Source of the DNA: Laetmonice hystrix
Lineage: Eukaryota
Direction: 5' to 3'
DNA length: 64,000 bases
Assembly (NCBI GenBank): GCA_965235115.1
Contig: OZ249436.1
Location: 36,768,001-36,832,000 of the forward strand
The notes under the pieces: generated by a model
Database searches by the model: none
Told to the model about the DNA's origin: nothing
Seen by the model: only the letters and a program-made list of their open reading frames with translations
Made by a program: the position numbers and the translations under genes
Part shown: positions 37,727-48,375 of the stretch, one piece after another
Numbering within the stretch: position 1 is the first letter of the stretch
How the letters are laid out: each line of letters opens with the position of its first letter

Positions 37727-40700
37727 TCATAAATGTTGAAGAAGTAAGTCTTTCACAGTTCTTTTAAAAGTGCCGATGCTACATGGGTTTTCGTACAGTT
37801 CTTTATACTTATTTGCTATTTTAGGTCCTTGAATGATTATTGTACTTTCTAGATATCTTGTTCTATATACAGGTATGTGATACAAACAGTTTTGTCTTGT
37901 ACTTCTTGCAGAAACATCATGATAGTTAACAAATAGTGTGGTAAAAATATCGGGTACCTGACCATTTCTTACTTTATACATATATACCAGGATATTATAT
38001 ACATAAATATACAGAACAGGGATTATCTTTAAGTCCTTAAATAATGGTAATGTATGATCTCGACATTTGCTTCTCGTAAGGATTCTAACAACTCTTTTTT
38101 GTAATATCACAAGAGGACTTAAGGTAGTTGTACTTGCCGCCCCCCATACCGTGTTACCATTTATCAAATAGGGATAAATAAGAGTATAATATAATTGATG
38201 TAAATTTTCTGGATTTAGAATCGTAATGAGTTTTCTCAACACTGCAATATTTTTACTCATTTTTAGGGAAATATGCGTCACGTGTGCCTTCCATGTTAAT
38301 TTCTCGTCAATTATATATCCCAAATATTTAATTTGTGAAACACGTTCAACTTCCTTGTTATTTAGGTATAATTTATTATTGCTCACCGGGGTTGTTCCTT
38401 TTCTAGAAAAGATAATATATTTAGACTTTTTAACATTAAGTGAGAGTTTATTCACATTTAACCATGTAACCACTTTTTTGAGCTCGTTATTTGCTTTACT
38501 GATTAAATTATCCAGTGAATCACCTTCCAGTAGACAGTTGCTATCATCGGCAAACATATTCATTAAAAACTCAGACGAAACATTAGACAGGTCATTTATA
38601 TAAATTAGAAATAGTAAAGGCCCAAGTATGGATCCTTGCGGAACCCCTGTTGTAACAACTCTGTTTACTGATGTTGTATTATTAAATATTACATGTTGTT
38701 GCCTGTCACTTAAATAACTTTTGAACCATTTCAGTGGGGTACCCCTAATGCCATAATGTTCTAATTTATTTAATAAAATTTCAAAGTTTACAGTGTCAAA
38801 CGCTTTACTAAAATCTAAAAATATCCCAAGGACAAAGGATTTTTTTTCAAATGAATTAGCAACAAAGTTATTCAAGACATTTAGAGCATGTTCAGTAGAG
38901 TGTTTTTCCCTGAAACCAAATTGATAAATATGTAATATTTTATGATATTGTAAATATTTGATAAGTCTTTTATGTACAAGCTTTTCAGTGATTTTGGAAA
39001 GTATAGGAAGAATCGAAATTGGACGATAATTTGTAAATAAATGAGAATCTTCACTCTTGAATAGTGGTTTAACTTTTGCAATTTTGATCTCAGTAGGCAC
39101 AGCACCCTCATTGAATGAAAGGTTGATAACATGTTCAAGTGGACTGAGAAGAAAATCCGATACTAACATAAAGATTTTATAGGTTAACCCATCCCACCCA
39201 GAGGCTGCATTGTTTAGCGTTTTAATTATACCTTTTATCTCCTCAGTACATGTAGGTTGAAGGAAGAACGAGTGAGGATAGTAACCAGGGAGTTGAAATG
39301 TAGTATCTACCCGAGGTATTTCACTGGCTAATTTTGGACCGATGTTAACAAAGAAATCGTTAAATCTGTTAGCTATGTCCAGATCATCTGTTATAGTCAA
39401 ATCTTTATCACTTTTAAAATATGATGGATACTGTTCAGTTTTTTCTTTATTCAATAATTCTTTTATTACTTCCCAATACTTTTTAATATTTGATTTACTA
39501 CCAATTTGTTTATTATTGTAATAGAGTCTCTTTGCTTTATTCAGTTTCTTTTCTAACGTTCTTTTGAAAACCTTATATGACTTTATATTTAATTGTGTCG
39601 GGTATTTTTTTGATTTAGCGAACATTTTGTTTTTTGTCTTAATATCAGCTTTATGATCTTCAGAGATCCAAGGCCACCTATCCTTGTACTTGTTCATCGT
39701 AGTTTTGAACGGGAAATGCTGATCAATTTTTTTGCATATTTGGTCGTGTAAAAAGCTATATGCGGTTTGTGTTAGTGTAATGTCATATAACTTTGTCCAA
39801 TCTATTCTACTAAGGTCCTTACAAAAATTGTTTTTATTTTTTTGAGTAAAGTCTCTCCTTGTATTTGTGCAAGTTTTTGAATTTCCTATTTTAGTTTGAA
39901 AGTTTGCATATATTAAGAAATGATCACTGATGTCAGTTTGTACTATACCACTGTATAAATGCGTAGACGTATCCTTTACAAAGATGTTATCTATAAGCGT
40001 TTTTGATCCAGTAGCACTCCATCGGGTCGGTTTGTCTATCAAAGGTATGAATTCATTAGTTGCAATAGTATTAAGAAAAGTTGATATTTTTGTATTTTCA
40101 CGATAGTGCAAGAGATCTAAATTAAAGTCACCACAAACATATATTACATCATCCGTGTTATTGAGGTAGTCACATATAGCCGCCATTTCCTCATTAAACA
40201 TACACACGTCACCTTGAGGTGGTCTATAAATACAGCCAATGATCAATCCCCTATTATTCACAAGGGTACATTTAGCTATTCTGACAAAAACCGCTTCTAT
40301 ATGAGAACGATTAAAACATATATTCTTAATGTAGTCAGCAGTATATGACATGTTTATATATATAGACACGCCGCCTCCCTTTTTACAAGGACGGAACGAA
40401 TGGAAACCACGAAACCCCGTAAGAGAATACAAATCTGCCGTATCTGCGTTATACCAAGTTTCAGTCAGACAAATTACAGGACAGTATATAAGCACAGGGT
40501 CCAGTAATATTTTTAAATGCTCAATGTTTTTTGGTGCACTTCTAATATTCAGGCACACTAATCTTGCTTCGTTACTCTTTACTGAGATAAATTCATCTAC
40601 CTTATAATACTTACAGTTTAGCTTAACATTCCCATATAGGTTAACATCCGGGTCTAACGCCATCTCACAGTCAAGAATGTCATTAATACTTTCAAAGAAC

Positions 40701-40852
40701 TCAAGATGTTCTGTATGTGTAACTTTCTTCTGCATTGATTCTAATACGAGACCAACATCAATCGACTCACTATAATAAGGAAGAGTCTTAAATAAACATA
40801 ATGAACAAGCATCATTTGCATTCTCACACATACATTCATTATCAGCCATCAT
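37727..40852 (-). CDS. LINE ORF2: APE-type endonuclease + reverse transcriptase (1041 aa)
   Basis: EN motifs LNIRS, CLTETW, GGGVSIY, IYRPP, CGDFN, IDNIF, SDH. RT motifs NYRPIS, QFGFR, FLDFSKAFD, GVPQGSILGPLLF, FADD, KYLG. Confidence 0.97.
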   Translation of the reverse strand: MMADNECMCENANDACSLCLFKTLPYYSESIDVGLVLESMQKKVTHTEHLEFFESINDILDCEMALDPDVNLYGNVKLNCKYYKVDEFISVKSNEARLVCLNIRSAPKNIEHLKILLDPVLIYCPVICLTETWYNADTADLYSLTGFRGFHSFRPCKKGGGVSIYINMSYTADYIKNICFNRSHIEAVFVRIAKCTLVNNRGLIIGCIYRPPQGDVCMFNEEMAAICDYLNNTDDVIYVCGDFNLDLLHYRENTKISTFLNTIATNEFIPLIDKPTRWSATGSKTLIDNIFVKDTSTHLYSGIVQTDISDHFLIYANFQTKIGNSKTCTNTRRDFTQKNKNNFCKDLSRIDWTKLYDITLTQTAYSFLHDQICKKIDQHFPFKTTMNKYKDRWPWISEDHKADIKTKNKMFAKSKKYPTQLNIKSYKVFKRTLEKKLNKAKRLYYNNKQIGSKSNIKKYWEVIKELLNKEKTEQYPSYFKSDKDLTITDDLDIANRFNDFFVNIGPKLASEIPRVDTTFQLPGYYPHSFFLQPTCTEEIKGIIKTLNNAASGWDGLTYKIFMLVSDFLLSPLEHVINLSFNEGAVPTEIKIAKVKPLFKSEDSHLFTNYRPISILPILSKITEKLVHKRLIKYLQYHKILHIYQFGFREKHSTEHALNVLNNFVANSFEKKSFVLGIFLDFSKAFDTVNFEILLNKLEHYGIRGTPLKWFKSYLSDRQQHVIFNNTTSVNRVVTTGVPQGSILGPLLFLIYINDLSNVSSEFLMNMFADDSNCLLEGDSLDNLISKANNELKKVVTWLNVNKLSLNVKKSKYIIFSRKGTTPVSNNKLYLNNKEVERVSQIKYLGYIIDEKLTWKAHVTHISLKMSKNIAVLRKLITILNPENLHQLYYTLIYPYLINGNTVWGAASTTTLSPLVILQKRVVRILTRSKCRDHTLPLFKDLKIIPVLYIYVYNILVYMYKVRNGQVPDIFTTLFVNYHDVSARSTRQNCLYHIPVYRTRYLESTIIIQGPKIANKYKELYENPCSIGTFKRTVKDLLLQHL

Positions 40853-40921
40853 TATTAAGTATAAACAGAATAGGCTTTTTACATATTGTACAGGTTATAT
40901 AATGTATATACAAACTATGTT

Positions 40922-41045
40922 TTAAAGTACAAAGACGACAAAAATGTCGCTCTAAACAACAGAAGCGCCGCATGCACACAGTTAAAGTACAAAGACGACA
41001 AAAATGTCGCTCTAAACAACAGAAGCGCCACATGCACACAGTTAA
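40922..41045. repeat. 60-bp tandem duplication in the LINE inter-ORF spacer
   Basis: 40922-40981 and 40982-41041 differ at one position. Confidence 0.95.
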
Positions 41046-41071
41046 CCAAGTGGTGTGAGTATTTAAGGGAT

Positions 41072-42400
41072 TTAGTTGTTCATTAAGTGGGATCGTATTT
41101 CCATGAGGAGTTTCCCCAATTTATTTTGTCCCGTCCAGGTATTGTTCTTCATAGTGGCATCATTCATTGTAGCACCTGCTCCCCAGAATGGGTCGCGTGT
41201 GCTTTCCACTAGCCTACGGTCACCAGTTGACAATAGCTTCTGCCTGATATGATCATTCTGAGTGAACTTCTCGAGAAGAGCAGATCTCATGATCTTTTCT
41301 CTCTCTTCAAACCAGCTCGAGTCCCTCTGTGGTTTTGCCATACTTCCCAATGACTTTATCTTGACACAGTCATTCTGTGCCATAATCTTGTTAGCGAGTT
41401 CAGGTCTACCGGCATAGTGTGCTTTGGAGGCCTGAAATGCCTGCTCAACAGAATTGTAAACAACATTGTTCAGTTCGAAGTTGCACGGGTGGAAATTGCT
41501 GAGTGGCGAGTGTTTGCTGTAGAACGCAATGCTGTTGTTCTCAATGTATTTCGTATAAGCGGACTCTAGTTTCAGTTTGTTAGGTAGACAGTCTATTGTG
41601 GCGTATTCATAGGTTTGACCGGCTACTGAAATTCGGTCCCCTGACTGTTTAGCAGTAATTCCCTGGGCCTTGGCGTTTTGGACAATAGCCCGGAGTTCTG
41701 CTCGGCGGGATTTGATGAGCGCGGGGAGATCTTCGTTTATAAAGATTTTTTCCGGATGATCCTTTAATTTCTTTGCCGATTTAAGAACCAGGTCCCGAAC
41801 GGAGTGGCGTACAAACGTGACAATGATCGGCCTTGGGCGCCCCCCAACCGATCTCCCAAACCGATGTGCTTTGTCTACTTCACTCGTAATGCTGATGTTT
41901 AGATTTAATACATTATTAACGATGTGCTCGATGATTGCAGGGGTGTTTTCGTTTTCCAATTCTAAACATCCTTCAAATATGAGGTTTGACTTTCTCATGT
42001 ATGATTCCAGAGTGTTTATATTTACCTGTAGGTGTTCAATATGTGTTGCCTGGCTGCGTATGGTGGACACCGATTCCGATAGCTCTCGCCTCAGGTCACA
42101 GATTTCAGAGTCCTGTTTGGATACCTTGTTTTCCAAATCCTTTGTCTGTCCAGAACAGAATTCCACCGATTTAACCAGGTCCTCCGTCACTGCTTTCAAT
42201 TCCGAGCGAAGGCTATTTACTTCTCCTCGTATTCCAGTGAGGGCGGTTTTCACAAAGTCCTCAAAGTTTGGTTCCTGTCCCGAGTCGTCACCCGTTGCCA
42301 AGGACGCTGCCGCCATTGCTGGATCGTCCACACCTGAGTTCAGTGCACTGAACGATGTGTCCCTGGTTTTCCGCTTGTTTCCGTCCTTTCTGGGCCCCAT
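41072..42400 (-). CDS. LINE ORF1: coiled coil + L1-type RRM/CTD core fused to a C-terminal NADAR (YbiA/DUF1768) domain
   Basis: Likely start MGPRKDGNKRK (ATG 42400). Heptad-rich region, then RKSNLIFEG..E, AHRFG, PRPIIVTF, IFINEDL. Then FYSKHSPLSNF..SVEQAFQASKA..KFTQN..LLSTG..LVE..DPFWG..GQNKLGKLLMEIR. Confidence 0.92.
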   Translation of the reverse strand: MGPRKDGNKRKTRDTSFSALNSGVDDPAMAAASLATGDDSGQEPNFEDFVKTALTGIRGEVNSLRSELKAVTEDLVKSVEFCSGQTKDLENKVSKQDSEICDLRRELSESVSTIRSQATHIEHLQVNINTLESYMRKSNLIFEGCLELENENTPAIIEHIVNNVLNLNISITSEVDKAHRFGRSVGGRPRPIIVTFVRHSVRDLVLKSAKKLKDHPEKIFINEDLPALIKSRRAELRAIVQNAKAQGITAKQSGDRISVAGQTYEYATIDCLPNKLKLESAYTKYIENNSIAFYSKHSPLSNFHPCNFELNNVVYNSVEQAFQASKAHYAGRPELANKIMAQNDCVKIKSLGSMAKPQRDSSWFEEREKIMRSALLEKFTQNDHIRQKLLSTGDRRLVESTRDPFWGAGATMNDATMKNNTWTGQNKLGKLLMEIRSHLMNN

Positions 42401-43268
42401 GATAAAATGGCCAAGATCCTGAACACTTATTTTGTATAACGACAGATCCACTGAAAGATGTTTCTTCTATTTTCTTGGCTTAAACCCTTAAATTGATCAC
42501 TCAGTCTTGCTTGTTAACTACTCCCTGCGCATGCTCATTTCACGGCATGTTCACGGTTCGTAATGGGAAGTGCTAATCTGACGTTCTGCCTCTTACTAGT
42601 TACCTGGCCAAACGTCAAGATATTTCAGGACCCGAAGATTAGACTGCCTGTCTACCCTCCTTCCGTTATATGACTCGCTGGCTGTGTTCTAATGAGTTCT
42701 AAGCTGATTTTTACCATTATAAATGGTTTTGACCTTAGCATTTTGAGAGTATCGCCGAATGACAATTGCCATGAAATGAGGCAGGAGATGTAGTTACTGA
42801 GATGAAGCTGGAGCGACGCATGCCATTTCCTAGAAAAACATTTGGCCATCCATCTGTTACTTCAGATGTTTGTTCGAAAAATGCTTGGGGTCGTATTTCA
42901 AAGACAAACGTAGCATATCTTGGAACTGAGCTAGCTTTCCATGCCGGGGGAAAATTATGAAACGTCCTCGCTAAATGATTTGCCGGGGAAGTGTAATTGT
43001 AGCACCTTCATGACTTTTGGAATCTGTATAATTCGGAAAGTTTCAGTCACGGCTATCTAGTCGAACGGGATGATATTCTCTGTCAGAAATCGGGGACAAC
43101 CATATAAAGGTATAGACGTATATAAAATGTAATTGTGATGTGACTGACAGATTATTGCGTTTATTATATATTGTATTTTTACCCTACGTGGTTGTTATTA
43201 ATTTTAAGTGGAAAGGTAAAGTTGGGAACTTCTAAAATTAATTCTGGCCCGGTAATCAGGGTCGAGGA

Positions 43269-43659
43269 CAGTGGTTCCCAACCTTTTCCCCACCAAACAC
43301 CCCTTTTTGTCGCGGCCTGTGCACCCCCCCCCCGACAATATTGCACTTCATCACTCCGTGTTGGCAGTGAAAACTGTTTATTGAACTATAATGGTTTTAC
43401 ATTGCTTTGTTTTAAAAAAGTGAAAAATATTTATACTGTACCTGACAGTTTAAAAATAATAACAATTTTTATCTTGTATGAAGTTGACAATTTCACCGTA
43501 TCAGTACCCCTGATTTGAACCTGCACCCATATTCCCCCTTAGTCGTCCCTCACCCCCTGCTTTTGGCATTCACCCCCAATTCCCCCTGAGTCCCTACGCA
43601 CCCCAGCGTGCCTCCATTCACCCCTGGGGGTGCATGTGCACCCCGGTTGGGAACCACTG
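43269..43659. mobile_element. hAT (Charlie-like) MITE with 8-bp TSD
   Basis: gtcgagga|cagtggttcccaacc ... ggttgggaaccactg|gtctagga (TSD 7 of 8). Confidence 0.88.
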
Positions 43660-46145
43660 GTCTAGGAGGTATTTCCTACTGATTACTGATTATTTGAGTT
43701 ATTTTGTCTGCCCTGCAGGATGGTATGACTTGCTGATGCTGATGAGAGATTCACTTTGTCACATGGCAAATCTTCCATTGAATCAAAGTACAGATTCCAC
43801 AGTCGAATAATCAACGTGCCCTAGCTATACCAAGGATTATAGGATACTCTCCTATAATACTTGGTCGGCATTGTTTATGATTGTGGTTGGGTTACCATTT
43901 TGGAACTTTGAAGCAACGTGCAGTAAAGATCCACGTTTATGCAAATATTGGTTTTACGTTTTTACTATAGTCAACACTGTAAATCGCGGTCCACATCAGT
44001 TAACACTCATTCAACGTTGAATTTCCTACCTCTTGTCTCCCCGTATAGGCCAACCTAGGTCTGCAAAATATAGTTTGGAAGTTGGAATCCACGGAAAAAT
44101 CCGTGGAAATTCATGAGAAAATTAACAGTTTGCTCGGAAAAACATGATAGTCAGTCACCTGAAGCTCAGCTAGGTGGTCATTTAGCCTACGTCATATTTT
44201 ATCGGAAAAAGTTATTTAAGTAACATACTAATAAAATGCGCATCCCTGTACATGTGTACATGCACATGTACATGTAGGTCTATATCGGTCTACTGTGAGC
44301 AGCTACAGAACGAAGAAGTCGTTATTTTTTTTACACTCGGCGTAAAAGTTTTTTCACATATGCAGTAAAATGTTTTTTCACATCTAGCGGAAGGTAGTTT
44401 TTAAACGCGGTAGATGTTTTTCATATTTGACGTACATTTTCATATTTGTCGTAAATATTTGTTACATATGACGGCGTTTTTACATTTAGCGGAATTTGTG
44501 CATTTGAGGGTGCTACAGTGGGGTCTACAGACATCCTTTTCCCGCGTTGTTATTTTAGCGAAGAAAGTTGCTTTGGCCTGATGGCTGACAGGTAGGGGGA
44601 GCAGCCTTACGGGCCTAACACCTAAATGCCTTTCACACTGACTTCACAGAAGATAATGTTAGGCATGCTCCATTAGAATTCTGCTGACAAAGGGTAGAAT
44701 TTGTAATAGCTGCTTTTAACGGCGTTGCCGTTCGGGAATTTACATTGAACACACTTGGATACGTCAGGGGGAACGCTCTTTTATATGGCGAAAAAAGCTG
44801 TACAAACGAAAGATTGCATGTAGCCCCTGCATACATTTTATAGTGATTCTGGTTGGTCATTGTTAAAAAAACGAGCGTGCTAGACACAAGGTACATTAGA
44901 TCTTTAAAAGCACAGATCTAAGAGAATCTGTCCATTCATGGTATTTGGAATTTCTAACACAGCCATAGCATATTCCCTCCCGGAAATTCAGTGACGTAAG
45001 TAAAAAATGGCTTTCCTCCTTCTTCTTTTTCTTCTTTACGCCATTGAAACTTCTGCAAAGTATTCAGACAACATCGTTTCAGAGTCAGACACAGGGTTGA
45101 TTTGATACGGAGCCGTTTTGGTTTACAGTGTAACTGGCGTTTGAAACGCTCATTTCTTCCCGGTCTCAAAGGATCGAAACGATAAACAGGAGTTAAGATT
45201 CAACGCCTCCGCATCCTGGCGATCTAATCCGTCATCTATCTAAAAGAATCTCTAACTAAGCTTAGAGCATGGGTATTTCGCATGACATTGGCATGGATTT
45301 ACAGGCAAGTAACTTGATGGTGGATGAAGTACTCCGCTGCAAAATTGTTCAAATCATTTAAACGATGTGAGTTTCGGAGGGAAGACCCGGGATTGCGCGC
45401 TACCAATAAAACCGTCTTTATCTTCAACTGTAGGATTTAAAGGGCCATGATATATACACTGCTTCGCCCGGCCGGGCAATTTCGGCATGGCTGACCATAA
45501 TGAACAAAAATTTCAAAAATGCGGAAGGGTTCAAGGATATCCTGTCACCACAGGTTAAAAAAACCTGAGTTTTTACTGTACGCCCAATAATACCCGTACA
45601 AGGCCAAAATCGTGTGGTGTGGGCCAGTGTATATGACCCTTTAGTATATAAGTCCAATCCACTGATCAAGAAGCGATTGCTTCCTTGCCGAGGTTCTACA
45701 CGAAGTGTGAGACATCAGTTAATGGTTCCAGAACGGGTTGTATATCACCACTGTCTACGGTGGAGTTATCAGTTGTAAAACAAGTCAGTGATCGTATAGA
45801 AATGAAACTTTCTTGTTTTATTCTTTCCCATGTTAGCAATCGCGTAAAATCGCTTATGGGACACATTGCGAAAAGGGCACTGAAAAGTATTGAAGATTAC
45901 CAATTGGCAATTCTTGCCAAGAAAAGGCATAAGCGGTACAGACAAGAAAGTTTTACTCTTAATAGTGATTTTTCTCTGCTCGGTCAAAGAGTCAGCCTTT
46001 GGTTACTGCGTACGCATTGAAAACCTCGCATTCAGTGGGACTTTAGGGTGGGAATTCTCAAGTACATATAAACTTCTGTTGGTCTCTTGAAAACGTTAGA
46101 AGAGCTATGGATCTGACTTTAGCTATGACACAGGCTGCCCACACA

Positions 46146-46777
46146 GTTCCTAACACAGTAGACAGCCGACTGGGTTCCTAACATGGTAGACAGCCGACTG
46201 GGTTCCTAACACGGTAGACAGCCGACTGGGTTCCTAACACGGTAGACAGCCGACTGGGTTCTTAACACGGTAGACAGCCGACTGGGTTCCTAACACGGTA
46301 GAGAACCGACTGGGTTCCTAACACGGTAGAGAACCGACTGGGTTCCTAACACGGTAGAGAACCGACTGGGTTCCTAACACGGTAGAGAACCGACTGGGTT
46401 CCTAACACAGTAGACAGCCGACTGGGTTCCTAACACAGTAGAGAACCGACTGGGTTCCTAACACGGTAGAGAACCGACTGGGTTCCTAACACGGTAGAGG
46501 ACCGACTGGGTTCCTAACACGGTAGAGAACCGACTGGGTTCCTAACACAGTAGAGAACCGACTGGGTTCCTAATACAGTAGAGAACCGACTGGATTCCTA
46601 ACACAATAGACAGCCGACTTGGTTCCTTACACAGAAGAGAACTGACTAGGTTCCTAACACGGTAGAGAGCCGACTCGGTTCCTAACACAGTAGAGAGTCG
46701 ACTCGGTTCCTAACACAGTATAGAGAGCCGACTTAGTTCCTAACACAGTACAGAACCGACTGGGTTCCTAACACAGC
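46146..46777. repeat. Minisatellite, 28-bp unit, ~22 copies
   Basis: Unit gttcctaacac(g/a)gtaga(cag/gaa)ccgactgg, head-to-tail with no spacers. Confidence 0.95.
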
Positions 46778-48117
46778 AGAACAAGCCTGGAATTTCCCGT
46801 GCAGTCCTTAGAACTATAGCTCAATTAAAGTCGACAGCTCAGCAGATTCTTGAAGCCCAATGTACCCTCTATTCGATGACTTGCGCTCATGGCATTGGTT
46901 GGAGCCGGTATAAATGACGTTGGTTTAGGTTGGCATGTGGATTAAGGGAATCTTCCGTCCGGGTCGGCGGGGATTATTCTCAATTATCCTAAGACAAGCG
47001 GGCCACATAAAACGGGCCTATTAGACTGGCTTGAGACCCGGCTGTCTACATGTTAATCTGTTCCAGCATGTTGAGATGAACTAGATTCAGGGAGATACCT
47101 GCATATTATGTTCCGCAGAACTGTAAAGGTTCATTTTCTTTGAAGCAGGCGAAGCGAGGTCCCATCACTGATCTCAGAAATAATGGAGTAATTTAAACTA
47201 CATCCATGGCTCTTTAGTCGTTCATGATCGGGTGTGAACGGTCTGCTGGCTAATCTAATACTAAAACCATTACAAACTACTTTGTCAGCCAATTCACCTG
47301 CCTCGTCGTAAAGGTCATGACTTCTTGCCCGAGGGCCGACCTCTTTCGGAAGCAGCGTGTGTCAGAGGACTCGAATGTTTGTGATCACCAAATCGATTGC
47401 GCGAATGAAGCATGCCTACTGCATGATGGACACACATGAAAATCTGACATTTTCTGTTATTTATCATAAATTTTATTCCTAACTATGACATGCAGCCCAA
47501 AGGACATAGTTGGTTTTGACTCGCGTCTGGAGCCGTACAGTCTCGTCGTATGGGTGAGTGGGAGACAACTAAGCCGCCAGTGATGGAAACAATATTATAA
47601 CTGAGATTTCTCGTTGAAAAGCTTCAGAGGGGTGCTGCCCCCAAGACCCTCTACGGATAGCCCATCCTTTACGTTGTAATTCCTTTCTCATCTCTTGGGC
47701 AAATAGCTCTCCGGTCCAATATTGGAAACTCTAGCTTAGTGCGTCTTTAGGCATCACAAATATAATTTAAAAAACCCCTTGTTGATTGGATTATGAGGTA
47801 TTTCAATTTCAAGATCTGGGTGTAATATTAACATCATGTCCAGTTGGAAGGTCAATACCCTTACAAATCGCCGAGTTGCATGGTCTTTATAACACTCAGA
47901 GCATTTCTTTTTCGTCAAAGACTTCTGTGAATCAGACGTTACCATTTTCAAAGGGGCTTCAGAAGCTGTTTAAAAGTGGTTAGGCCATGGTCTATCTGAT
48001 CTATTCAGAGTCAACAGTATACTTCCTGTCTATGGACCTTTTCCTGTAAGGTTTTACCTTCAACATGGCTTCGGAAAATGTACCTCCCCCCGGCCATCAT
48101 GACCGGTTCTGACGCCC

Positions 48118-48375
48118 TGTTCCGGCTAGATATATCCGAACGGTTAGTTACGTCCGAGAGGATATATGTCCGCAAATATCAGCTAGAAATGTCCGGTAAT
48201 TTATATATGTCCGCAAATATCAGCTAGATGTGTCCGTGTGTCCGGTAATCCGGATATGTCCGCAAATTTGCGGACCATTTGCGGACATATCCATTTCTCC
48301 GGACACGTCTAGCTGATGTTTGCGGACATATCTCCTATCGGACATAACTAACCGTTCGGACGTCTAGCCGGAACA
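48118..48375. mobile_element. Palindromic MITE (tgttccggctag termini)
   Basis: cgccc|tgttccggctagatatatccgaacggttagtta ... taactaaccgttcggacgtctagccggaaca|cgccc; internal tgtccg/cggaca arrays. The exact ends are ambiguous. Confidence 0.8.

Larger units (their letters stand above)
37456..42540 (-). mobile_element. Full-length non-LTR retrotransposon, CR1/L2 group (Crack/Daphne-like), with NADAR-fused ORF1
   Basis: Two long uninterrupted ORFs, a 3' UTR and a 24-nt poly(A) tail (T run 37456-37479). The 5' end is approximate and no TSD was recognised. Confidence 0.92.

Noticed and set aside
41817..42422. 201-aa antisense ORF within LINE ORF1 (also 38226-38603 and 40350-40607 within ORF2)
   Set aside because: Antisense shadows with no recognisable motifs; no evidence for an ORF0-like product.
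46146..46777. CRISPR-like regular repeat array (also 23554-23760 and 24230-24352)
   Set aside because: Units are head-to-tail with no unique spacers, there are no cas genes, and the context is eukaryotic. These are minisatellites.
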